From a virus (taxonomy: Duplodnaviria > Caudoviricetes), in IMG/VR virus record IMGVR_UViG_3300008116_008172, positions 1 through 57,738 of that record: a DNA stretch of 57,738 nucleotides, one strand, 5' to 3'. Every line of letters begins with the position of its first letter. Position 1 is the stretch's first letter. Of this stretch, positions 26,715-36,040 are shown piece by piece. Under the pieces are notes generated by a model that was not told the origin of the DNA, made no database searches, and worked only from the letters and a program-made list of their open reading frames with translations. The position numbers were made by a program, and so were the translations under genes.

Positions 26715-27779
26715 ATGCAAGAAGAAACCAAAAAGAAATTTTCATCTATATTTTCGCAGATTAAAGCGGAGCATGCTTCCTTGCCTGTGAATACAAAGAA
26801 GGACAAAAACAGTGATGTTCTTGTTGTTGATGGAACAAATAATTTCATTCGTTGTTGGACTGTGGTTCCAACATTGAGTGATAATGGTGATCATGTTGGT
26901 GGAGTTTCTGGTTTCTTGAGTAGTCTTGGTTATGCAATAAAATTATTGCGTCCAACCAGAGTCATTATTGTATTTGATGGCAAGGGTGGTAGTGAGAGAC
27001 GCAGAAAATTATATCCACAATACAAGGAAGGACGCAAGGTGATGAAGCGTCTTAATCGTGCATACGAAGAAATGTCTGACACTGAAACAGAGCAAAAATC
27101 AGTGGTTGAACAAATGGGTAAACTTGTATCATTCCTACAAGAACTTCCTGTGAGTGTAATTTCAATTGATCATATTGAAGCCGACGATGCTATTGCATAT
27201 ATTGCCACACAAATGTATAAAGATGGCCGAGTTACCATTATGAGTGGCGATAAAGATTTCATGCAGCTAGTAAATGACCGTGTTCAGATTTGGAGTCCAA
27301 TCAAGAAGAAGGTGTATGGAATTGCTGATGTAATCAACGAGTATGGTATTCATCCTACCAATTTCATATACTATCGTATCCTTGAAGGCGATTCTTCGGA
27401 TAATATTGATGGTGTAAAAGGAATTGGATTAAAGACTGCGATCAAGAATTTTCCTATGCTTACTGAAGCAGAAGAAACATCTGTGGAAAAAATATTGTTG
27501 CGTGCAAAGGATTGTGTAAATGAAAAGAAGGCATATGCATCTGTTGTTGAACATGCCGAGATTGTTCAAAGAAATTATACACTAATGCAACTGAAGAACC
27601 CAGATTTTTCTCCTTCTCTTCAATTGAAGATACAAGAAAACACAGAGCATATTTATGCTTTCAATAAATTTCATTTCATCCAGAAACTGACCACACATGG
27701 AATGCACTCCAGTATTCCTAATTTTCATGTATGGCTTCAGGAGGTATTTTATCCGTTGTCGGTTTTTGCAGCATCTTAA
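26715..27779 (+). CDS. 5'-3' exonuclease / T4 RNase H-like flap nuclease
   Basis: VVDGTN, VFDG, YKEGR, EADDAIAY, SGDKDFMQL, GDSSDNIDGVKGIGLKTA. Confidence 0.9.
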   Translation: MQEETKKKFSSIFSQIKAEHASLPVNTKKDKNSDVLVVDGTNNFIRCWTVVPTLSDNGDHVGGVSGFLSSLGYAIKLLRPTRVIIVFDGKGGSERRRKLYPQYKEGRKVMKRLNRAYEEMSDTETEQKSVVEQMGKLVSFLQELPVSVISIDHIEADDAIAYIATQMYKDGRVTIMSGDKDFMQLVNDRVQIWSPIKKKVYGIADVINEYGIHPTNFIYYRILEGDSSDNIDGVKGIGLKTAIKNFPMLTEAEETSVEKILLRAKDCVNEKKAYASVVEHAEIVQRNYTLMQLKNPDFSPSLQLKIQENTEHIYAFNKFHFIQKLTTHGMHSSIPNFHVWLQEVFYPLSVFAAS

Positions 27780-27844
27780 ATGTTTCAATATTTAATCGTT
27801 GACGGAACGACAACAGTCGTGTAACTTCTTATTCACTTAATCAT

Positions 27845-28976
27845 ATGGCACCAGTAATCATAGACAACTTACATAAGTTTGGCTTGGATTTTCAAGTCAA
27901 AATCATCGCGAGCATTCTCACGGATAAATCATTCCTTGAGCGTGTGGTAGATATCATTGAAGTGGAGGCATTTGAAAATTCCGCCCATCAATGGATCCTC
28001 AAAGAAATCATTCATTACCAGAATGATTATAAGGAGTTGCCTACCATGCAAGTGTTCAAGGTTCGCGTGGACACCATTGAAAATGCCGAATTAAAGGAAT
28101 CTGTAACTGAACAACTTCGTCGTGTATACAACAAGGTCAGTGAAACAGATCTTCAGTTTGTACGCGAACAGTTCCTTGAATTTTGCAAAAATCAAAAGCT
28201 CAAGGGTGCCATTATGGAGTCAGTTGACCATCTTCAGTCTGGTCAATATGATAGAATTAAAGCACTGATTGATCGTGCTATGAAAGCTGGTATGGAACGC
28301 AATCTTGGCCACAACTATCACAAAGAGGTTGCTGGACGCATGAGTGAAATGTGCCGCAAAACAATTTCGACTGGGTGGGAAGTTGTTGATTCGCTCATGG
28401 ACGGAGGTCTTGGGCCGGGAGAACTTGGAATTGTTGTTGCTCCTGCTGGTATCGGCAAGTCTTGGCTACTTTGCAGTCTTGGTGCAAAAGCAATGAAGCA
28501 GGGCAAAAATATTGCTCATTTTACACTTGAGCTTAATGAAAATTATGTTGGTCTACGCTATGACTGCTGCTTTACTGGAATTGATTTTCAGGAAATCAAA
28601 CATCGTCAAAATGATGTTGAAGAAGCAATCAAGAAGATGACAAGAAGATGTTGTTCAAGCTCACAACATCGCAGATTCATATCGTAAGATCATGACTGCT
28701 GATTTTGTTATCAGTGTTTCTCGTAATACAAATGACAAAGCGAACAATACTGCTCGCTGTCATGTGATCAAGAACAGATTTGGTCCAGATGGTATCACTT
28801 TGTATGCACGAATGGACACCAGTAAGGGTCAAATTGAATTGTATGATTCAAAATCTTCAGAGTCGATGCAAATTCAAGCAGAAATGCAGGACTCAGACAA
28901 CAGTGTGAAGAATACATTAAGAAGTAAATGGAATGCTAGTCGCCAAAAGGAAAATGGCGAAAACGCATATTTGTGA
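27845..28976 (+). pseudogene. DnaB/gp41-like replicative helicase, interrupted by a frameshift and internal deletion near 28640
   Basis: Walker A APAGIGKS and TLELNE in ORF 27845-28687; the C-terminal part resumes in another frame at 28641 (QEDVVQAHNIADSYRKIMTADFVIS..KNRFGPDG); Walker B and SQxNR motifs absent. Confidence 0.8.
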
Positions 28977-29063
28977 GAAAATTTTCTAAAATTTTTTTAC
29001 AAGATTTATTTTTTATATAAAGTATTTATTCGTCACACAACTAACCGAACGGGAGAGACTTTT

Positions 29064-30038
29064 ATGACCATATTTGATGAGCAAATTGCCAGAAAACCAA
29101 ATCGCTATCCTTGGGCACAAGAATATATTGATGCTATGTGGGCTGGACATTGGACTCCAAACGAGTTTACATTCACGAGCGATCTTCAGCAATATAAAAC
29201 AGAGCTATCTCCACAAGAGCAAGTCATCATCAAGAATGCATTAAGCGCGATTGGTCAAATTGAAATCTCAGTAAAGAAGTTTTGGACTAAACTTGGTGAC
29301 ACTTTGCCACATCCTGCACTCAGTGATCTTGGAATCACTATGGGAAACATTGAAGTGATTCACAACAATGCGTATGAAAAACTTCTTGATGTGCTTCAAA
29401 TGCAGGATGTGTTTGAAGAAAATCTTAAGTTGGATATTATTCAAGGCCGTGTAAAGTATCTTCGTAAATATTTGGATAAGGTATATACGGACAATCGTAA
29501 GCAGTATATATACTCGCTTATTCTTTTTACACTATACGTCGAGAATGTGTCTCTATTCAGCCAATTTTACATTATTAATTGGTTTAATCGTTACAAGGGG
29601 CTATTAAAGGATACAGCACAGCAAGTCGCATATACAGCTAAAGAAGAAACATTGCATGGTCTTGCTGGTGTAAAAATCGTAAATACTATTCGTGAAGAAC
29701 TACCAGAACTATTTGATGAAGAACTTGAGGCAAAAATTATTCACGAGGCTGCTGAATCATACAAAGCAGAATGCAAATTGATTGATTGGATGATTGGCGA
29801 CTATTCTGACGAAAAAATCAATGCAGATATTCTCAAGGGATATGTACAGCGTCGTCTAAATGATTCGCTTGAAATGATCGGATTCAAGAAAATTTTTGAT
29901 GTTGATCCATCAATTATTGAGTTGACTACTTGGATGGATGAAGATGTAATGGGTAATACTATGACAGATTTCTTTCACAAGAGACCTGTTGAATATGCTA
30001 AAAAGACACAATCAATTCAAGCCGACGATCTATTTTAA
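29064..30038 (+). CDS. nrdB: Ribonucleotide reductase beta subunit
   Basis: QIEISVKKFW, EVIHNNAY, ENVSLFSQF, EETLH, DFFHKRPVEY. Confidence 0.92.
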   Translation: MTIFDEQIARKPNRYPWAQEYIDAMWAGHWTPNEFTFTSDLQQYKTELSPQEQVIIKNALSAIGQIEISVKKFWTKLGDTLPHPALSDLGITMGNIEVIHNNAYEKLLDVLQMQDVFEENLKLDIIQGRVKYLRKYLDKVYTDNRKQYIYSLILFTLYVENVSLFSQFYIINWFNRYKGLLKDTAQQVAYTAKEETLHGLAGVKIVNTIREELPELFDEELEAKIIHEAAESYKAECKLIDWMIGDYSDEKINADILKGYVQRRLNDSLEMIGFKKIFDVDPSIIELTTWMDEDVMGNTMTDFFHKRPVEYAKKTQSIQADDLF

Positions 30039-30041
30039 ATT

Positions 30042-31691
30042 ATGAGCAAGGATATATACTGGTTAAACAAGGACAGCATTACTTTCTTGGAAAGAGGTTA
30101 TCTTCCCAAGGGTCAAACTGCTATTGAAAGAATTCATGAAATTGCCAAAGCTGCGGAAAAAATCTTAAAGAAAAAAGGATTTGCCGAAAAGTTTGAAGCT
30201 TATATGCACAAGGGGTGGTATAGTTTGTCATCTCCCGTATGGGCAAACTTTGGTAATGGGCGTGGTTTATCTATCTCTTGCAATGGTTCGTATATATCGG
30301 ACACAATGAATAGTATTTTGGAAAAGACTGCCGAAGTTGGCATGCTTACCAAGTATGGAGCAGGAACATCTGGTTATTTTGGCGATCTTCGTGCCCGTGG
30401 AACTCCGATCAGTGTGGGTGGAACAAGTTCTGGTCCTGTTCATTTCATGGAAATGTTTGATAGTGTTACCCGTGTCGTATCACAATCAAATGTTCGTCGT
30501 GGAAGTTTTGCTGCATATCTTCCTATTGACCATCCTGATATCATGGAGTTTCTTGGAATACGTGAAGAAGGTCATGCTATTCAAGACTTGAGTATTGGCG
30601 TGTGTGTCAATAACAAGTTCATGAAGAAGATGATTGACGGCGACAAGGATGCTCGCGCTGTTTGGGCAAAGGTATTAAAGAAGCGGTTTGAATCTGGCTA
30701 TCCATACATTTTCTTCAGCGACAATGTAAATGATAATTCTCCTCAAGCATACAAGGACAAGAAGATGAAGATACATGCTTCCAATCTTTGCTCTGAAATC
30801 TGCTTGAGTTCATCGCCAGATGAAACATTTGTGTGTAACCTATCATCTATGAATCTTCTTCATTATGATGATTGGAAGACAACAGACGCTGTTGAGACAC
30901 TTACATACTTTCTTGATGCAGTAATGGAAGATTATATTCACGCAACTGAGAGTATTCCATTCTTAAAGGCTGCTCATAATTTCGCCAAGAATCAAAGAGC
31001 ACTTGGTATTGGAGTATTGGGCTGGCATTCATATCTACAAAGCAAGATGATTGCTTTTGAAAGTATGGAAGCCAAGATGCTTAATACACAAATTCATCGC
31101 ACCATCCGCGATAAGAGTTATGCAGCAAGTAAGGAAATGGCAAAGGAATATGGCGAGCCAGCACTGCTAAAGGGATATGGTATGAGAAATGTAACTACAA
31201 TGGCCATTGCTCCCACAACAAGTAGTTCATTTATTCTTGGTCAAGTATCTCCAAGTGTTGAACCACTTAACAGCAATTATTACACGAAGGATCTTGCCAA
31301 AGGAAAATTCACATATCGCAATCCATATCTTGAAGCTGTATTGGAAAAACATAACAAGAACAATCAAGAAGTATGGAAGAGCATTCTTATCAAGGGAGGC
31401 TCTGTTCAACATCTTGAATTCCTAAGTGATCACGAGAAAGAAGTGTTCAAGACCTTTGGTGAAATTTCTCAAAAGGAAATCATCATTCAAGCGGCTGCAC
31501 GCCAGAAATATATTGATCAAGGCCAATCTATCAACCTTATGATTCATCCAAAGGTTCCCGTCAAAGATGTAAATCAACTCCTAATATTCGCATGGGAACA
31601 GGGCGTAAAGTGTCTCTATTATCAGCGCGGAACAAATCCAGCCCAAGAACTAGGACGTAGTATTCTTGAGTGCAAGAGTTGTGAAGCATAA
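30042..31691 (+). CDS. nrdA: Ribonucleotide reductase alpha subunit (no ATP cone)
   Basis: ISCN, SNLCSEI, CNLSS, AIAPTTSSS, DQGQS, LYY, C-terminal CKSCEA. Confidence 0.93.
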   Translation: MSKDIYWLNKDSITFLERGYLPKGQTAIERIHEIAKAAEKILKKKGFAEKFEAYMHKGWYSLSSPVWANFGNGRGLSISCNGSYISDTMNSILEKTAEVGMLTKYGAGTSGYFGDLRARGTPISVGGTSSGPVHFMEMFDSVTRVVSQSNVRRGSFAAYLPIDHPDIMEFLGIREEGHAIQDLSIGVCVNNKFMKKMIDGDKDARAVWAKVLKKRFESGYPYIFFSDNVNDNSPQAYKDKKMKIHASNLCSEICLSSSPDETFVCNLSSMNLLHYDDWKTTDAVETLTYFLDAVMEDYIHATESIPFLKAAHNFAKNQRALGIGVLGWHSYLQSKMIAFESMEAKMLNTQIHRTIRDKSYAASKEMAKEYGEPALLKGYGMRNVTTMAIAPTTSSSFILGQVSPSVEPLNSNYYTKDLAKGKFTYRNPYLEAVLEKHNKNNQEVWKSILIKGGSVQHLEFLSDHEKEVFKTFGEISQKEIIIQAAARQKYIDQGQSINLMIHPKVPVKDVNQLLIFAWEQGVKCLYYQRGTNPAQELGRSILECKSCEA

Positions 31692-31712
31692 GACAACTTA
31701 TAAAAACAAAAC

Positions 31713-31739
31713 AAACCACCGATAATACGGTGGTTTTTT
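31713..31739 (+). terminator. Rho-independent terminator
   Basis: AAACCACCG-ATAATA-CGGTGGTTTTTT. Confidence 0.85.
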
Positions 31740-31782
31740 ATTGCCGTTTACTATTTATATATTAAAGCGTATATACACCATT

Positions 31783-32496
31783 ATGAATAGAGAAAATCTT
31801 AAAAAAGCTATCAAGAAAATTGTACTGCAAGAAATCACCAATAACCAACTTGGTGTTCCTACTCAAATAGACAAGAAGGATCCTATTGGAGAAAAAGAAT
31901 TGGCCAAAGCATTGGGAAAAGATGCTCATGTAAGTAAAATACATGGAACAGGAAAAACAGCAGGAATCACAGATAAACAAGTTGTTCAGCTGAGTAAAAA
32001 TTGCGATCATTGCTATGATGTTGTATCAGTAACAAATGAGTCTGAACGTAAAATTGCCCGTGGAGTTTCGTTGGAAGACGCGATGGAACTTGTTAAGCAA
32101 CACGCAGAAAGTTCTGAAAAAACATATGTTCAAAAAGCATATGACAAGACATCACAAGGACATGGATTGAAAGCGGAAAAGAAAGAAGAAAAATCAGAAG
32201 CAGATAAAATGGATGACGCAGACGAAGAAAAACAAGTCGATATTGCTGATGATACAACAGTAAAAGCTGACGAAAAATCAGATAAAGAAAATGCCCCAAT
32301 CAACAAAGATGTTGCTCCATCAATGGGTGGAGATCTTGTTGACAAAATTGAAAAGATTATTGACAAAGTACTTAAAGATAAAACAAAAGCTGATGCAAAG
32401 TCTGCATATCTAAAACACGATACAGACACAGAAAGTCCAAATAAATTGATAACAAAGCTAAAAGATACTCCTGCTTTGAAAGAAAAAAAGTCATAA
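31783..32496 (+). CDS. Putative virion/internal protein with leader helix
   Basis: MNRENLKKAIKKIVLQE leader; TATTTAT at 31752; highly charged. Confidence 0.65.
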   Translation: MNRENLKKAIKKIVLQEITNNQLGVPTQIDKKDPIGEKELAKALGKDAHVSKIHGTGKTAGITDKQVVQLSKNCDHCYDVVSVTNESERKIARGVSLEDAMELVKQHAESSEKTYVQKAYDKTSQGHGLKAEKKEEKSEADKMDDADEEKQVDIADDTTVKADEKSDKENAPINKDVAPSMGGDLVDKIEKIIDKVLKDKTKADAKSAYLKHDTDTESPNKLITKLKDTPALKEKKS

Positions 32497-32933
32497 TGAA
32501 ACCCATCAAACTAAAGGACATTCTTGCTGAAGTATATAGCAGAAGACCACGCGGGGGGTACCAAGTAGATGCGGAGTTCACAACAGAGGTCAGTATAGAT
32601 CTAACCAAACTGGATAAGAGTAAAGTTCAAGTTGATGTATCTACTTTAGGATATACAATACAAGAAGATGTTGATGTCGAAGTATTTGTACAAGGATCAT
32701 ATGACGACGCCAGATTTGATTATGAATATGGAAGTGAACGCGGAACTTACGACCCCGGAAGCGGTTACGTTGCAGAAAAATTTGAAATTGTTGTAGCATC
32801 CGACAGTACAGATGATGGTGAAAAAACCGGTCAACTTGTGTTAAAAGCAGGTACAATTATTCCCGAGGAAGCTGTTGTAAATATACAGCGTTTATATGAT
32901 ACTGCCGACAGTGAATTAAATTCTCAAAATTGA
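32496..32933 (+). CDS. Hypothetical protein with MKPIKLKDILAE leader
   Basis: 145-aa ORF, TAATG-coupled to the upstream gene. Confidence 0.65.
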   Translation: MKPIKLKDILAEVYSRRPRGGYQVDAEFTTEVSIDLTKLDKSKVQVDVSTLGYTIQEDVDVEVFVQGSYDDARFDYEYGSERGTYDPGSGYVAEKFEIVVASDSTDDGEKTGQLVLKAGTIIPEEAVVNIQRLYDTADSELNSQN

Positions 32934-32943
32934 TTTGCTAAAC

Positions 32944-32970
32944 AAACCCCGCAAAAAAGCGGGGTTTTTT
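32944..32970 (+). terminator. Rho-independent terminator
   Basis: AAACCCCGC-AAAAAA-GCGGGGTTTTTT. Confidence 0.85.
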
Positions 32971-32971
32971 A

Positions 32972-32999
32972 TTGACTTTGTATAAAAAGTGTTCATATT
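32972..32999 (+). promoter_or_regulatory. Sigma70-like promoter
   Basis: TTGACT-N16-CATATT, 8 nt before ATG 33008. Confidence 0.55.
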
Positions 33000-33007
33000 G
33001 AGTACAT

Positions 33008-33964
33008 ATGAATAAGACCAAAAAGATTTATATGACCACTGATATCAAGAATACAGTCGATACTGCGGCTCAGATCAAGCCCAAGAAGTTGTTTCTTAAA
33101 GATCTGAAGTGGCGATATCTTGTTCGTAGCGCATTGCGCGGAAAGAATATCATCATCATTGGTCCATCTGGATCTGGAAAAACATTTGCTGTACAATCGC
33201 TTGTAGATGCGTTGGATATTCGCGACAAATATTTCTATATCAATATGGGTGCGACGCAAGACCCACGCGCTGCACTTATTGGTAATACTCATTTCAATAA
33301 AGAATCTGGTACACTGTTTGATGAATCTCCTTTTGTAAAAGCACTTCGTACTCCAAATAGCATCATTCACTTAGATGAACTTTCTCGTGCTCACCCTGAT
33401 GCTTGGAATATTCTTCTTACTCCCCTTGATTATATTCAACGATATCTTCGTCTCGATGAAAAGCTTGGCAGTGAAAAAGTTCAAGTGGCGGAAGGAGTTT
33501 GTTTTGTTGCCACTGCAAATGTGGGTAATGAATATACTGCAACTCGCGTGATGGACAAAGCTTTGCTTGATCGTTTCACCGTTAAGATTGAAATGGATAT
33601 CTTGAATCAAAATTCCGAGATAGAATTCATCAAGGAGCACTGTCCCGACGCTGACATGAATATTATGTTGTCGATTATTGAAATCGCAGCGGCCACAAGA
33701 GAATTTACCCATCAGGGTAAGCTTTCCAAATTCTTGTCTACACGCAGTGTAAAAGAAATGGCGGAACTTACCATTGATGGATTCAATCTTATTGAACTTG
33801 CCGAGATGATCATCTATCCTGATTATCCAGATGACGGTGGAATTGATAGCGAGAGAACAATGGTTAAACAAATTGTTCAGAAATATGTTGCAGCCGAAGG
33901 AAAGTCTGATGCACTGTATGGTAATCAAAACGCCAATCGATATGCCGATCAACCTCCGTTCTAA
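33008..33964 (+). CDS. MoxR/CbbQ-type AAA+ ATPase
   Basis: GPSGSGKT, IHLDELSRA, ATANVG, MDKALLDRF, STR. Confidence 0.88.
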   Translation: MNKTKKIYMTTDIKNTVDTAAQIKPKKLFLKDLKWRYLVRSALRGKNIIIIGPSGSGKTFAVQSLVDALDIRDKYFYINMGATQDPRAALIGNTHFNKESGTLFDESPFVKALRTPNSIIHLDELSRAHPDAWNILLTPLDYIQRYLRLDEKLGSEKVQVAEGVCFVATANVGNEYTATRVMDKALLDRFTVKIEMDILNQNSEIEFIKEHCPDADMNIMLSIIEIAAATREFTHQGKLSKFLSTRSVKEMAELTIDGFNLIELAEMIIYPDYPDDGGIDSERTMVKQIVQKYVAAEGKSDALYGNQNANRYADQPPF

Positions 33965-33967
33965 TAC

Positions 33968-35968
33968 ATGAAGGAAAAATACACAGAATATTCCAAGTTT
34001 TGGCTTGGAGAAGAATTTGCTTCGGAGAAGCTTGATGCGGACGATACATACGGTCTACTTAAGCTATCTGCATATCGTAGAGCGATTGGAAATTTTGTGT
34101 ATATTCTTACGGGGAAAAATATTCCTGTAAGATTTGCCGAGAAGTCAACTTCTATGACCGACGGTAAGGTTGTTTATATCGGCGGAGAACTGGCTAAGGG
34201 ACAGTTTGATCCTACAGTGGGTCTTGCTTTGCATGAAGCATCTCATATTGTAAAGTCCGATTTTAGTCTGATCAAAACTATTTGGGGCAAGCTTCCGAAG
34301 AAAATTAATGAAGCTGCAAATGGAAAATTAACATATAATGAACTTTCTGAACTTTGCAAATTTGTTCTCAATGTAGTGGAAGATCGATATATTGATGCTT
34401 GGGCATATTCTACTGCGCCGGGATATCGTGGATACTACGATGCATTATATGATCGCTATTTTAATATTCCTGATATTGGTCATGGACTGAAGTCCCAGTC
34501 ATACCGCACACCAACAATAAAAAACTACAAGTTTCGTTTCACAAACCTTGTAAATAAGAATACTGATTTAGATGCACTTCCGAGATTGCGAAAGATCGCA
34601 GATATGCTCGACCTACAAAACATTCTTCGCAACGAAATGTCTACACCTCAAAAACGTTTAGACATTTCGTTCGATATTGCCTGTGAAATTATTTCAAGTG
34701 TGGTTAATGATAAACAGGAACAAAAAGAAGATAATACTTCCGAAGAAAAGTCATCTGATAATAGTGATTCTTCCGACGATCAATCTAATACTGAAAGCAC
34801 GGACAATGATTCTGTGGACGACATCTTGGGTGGAAAAGAAGGGTCGTCTGTTCAAAAAGAAGAATCCAAGGAAGAAAATTTAGAGGATGAAGATTCTGAC
34901 TTGTCCAAGAACAAGAAAGATAAAATTGAAAAACTGATCAAGAAACAGGAAGATCTGATTAATAGAACCAATATCAAGGCTCCGTTTGATATCAAAACTC
35001 TGAACAAGTTACAAGCTTTGGAAAAGAGTGGAGTCAATCTTGTTCCTGTTGGTAGAGAAGAAGGTGTGCCTTCCGTCGATTGCATTGTAGTGAATAATCT
35101 TACCAAGGAACTCATGGAAAGCACAGACTTTCCATACAAGTCAGATTTCAAGATTACTGCTGAAAATCCTCTTTCGTCAAGAGGCGTCCGCGAAGGAGTT
35201 GTGCTGGGATCAATGCTTGGTCGTCGTCTGCAAATCAGGTCCGAAGTCAAGACTACAAAATTCACTCGTTTGGATAAAGGAAAAATTGATCGTCGTATTA
35301 TTTCTGCACTTGGATATGAGAGTGAAAATCTTTTTTACCAAACTCATGTGGACAAATACAAGAATGCGCATTTACATATTTCAGTGGATGCTTCTTCTTC
35401 CATGCAAGTCAAATGGGAAAAGACTATGACTACATTAGTCGCAATTGCCAAAGCCGCATCCATGATTAATAATTTGAGTGTAAGTATTTCATTCAGAAGT
35501 GGAGTTTGTATTTCCAAAAATAAAAATTCTGAAATTCCATATGTTGTTATCGCTTATGATTCTAGGAAGGACAAATTCAGCAAGATTACACAACTGTTTC
35601 CGTTACTTTACCCTAATGGGTCAACACCAGAAGGTCTTGCTTTTCAAGCAATTATGGGTCATATTCCACACTCCAATTACGAAATGGATAGCTATTTTGT
35701 AAATTTGTCTGATGGTGAACCTTTTTTTAATCCGGGTTATTTTGGAGAAATTGCTGCAAGACATACTCGCAAACAAGTATCCAAGATGACTGAAAATGGT
35801 ATAGAAGTAATCAGCTATTATTTGGAAAATGATCGCATGCAATCGCCTGTCAATTCTAAACTTTTTAAGATGATGTATGGTAAAGATGCACAATTCATTG
35901 ATGTTAAGAATGTTGTGAAAATTGCGCACACTCTCAATTCCAAGTTCCTATCAAAGGAAAATATTTGA
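33968..35968 (+). CDS. CobT-like protein: metallopeptidase-like N-terminus, acidic linker, VWA domain
   Basis: HEASH..NVVEDRYID; MIDAS DASSSM, GSTPEG, NLSDGEP. Confidence 0.82.
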   Translation: MKEKYTEYSKFWLGEEFASEKLDADDTYGLLKLSAYRRAIGNFVYILTGKNIPVRFAEKSTSMTDGKVVYIGGELAKGQFDPTVGLALHEASHIVKSDFSLIKTIWGKLPKKINEAANGKLTYNELSELCKFVLNVVEDRYIDAWAYSTAPGYRGYYDALYDRYFNIPDIGHGLKSQSYRTPTIKNYKFRFTNLVNKNTDLDALPRLRKIADMLDLQNILRNEMSTPQKRLDISFDIACEIISSVVNDKQEQKEDNTSEEKSSDNSDSSDDQSNTESTDNDSVDDILGGKEGSSVQKEESKEENLEDEDSDLSKNKKDKIEKLIKKQEDLINRTNIKAPFDIKTLNKLQALEKSGVNLVPVGREEGVPSVDCIVVNNLTKELMESTDFPYKSDFKITAENPLSSRGVREGVVLGSMLGRRLQIRSEVKTTKFTRLDKGKIDRRIISALGYESENLFYQTHVDKYKNAHLHISVDASSSMQVKWEKTMTTLVAIAKAASMINNLSVSISFRSGVCISKNKNSEIPYVVIAYDSRKDKFSKITQLFPLLYPNGSTPEGLAFQAIMGHIPHSNYEMDSYFVNLSDGEPFFNPGYFGEIAARHTRKQVSKMTENGIEVISYYLENDRMQSPVNSKLFKMMYGKDAQFIDVKNVVKIAHTLNSKFLSKENI

Positions 35969-35987
35969 GGTTTTTGATAAAAAGTAG

Positions 35988-36015
35988 TTGACATATTATA
36001 TACTTCGTGTATAGT
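35988..36015 (+). promoter_or_regulatory. Sigma70-like promoter for rIIA
   Basis: TTGACA-N16-TATAGT. Confidence 0.7.
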
Positions 36016-36040
36016 GGTCGTATCTTAATCAAGACCATAT

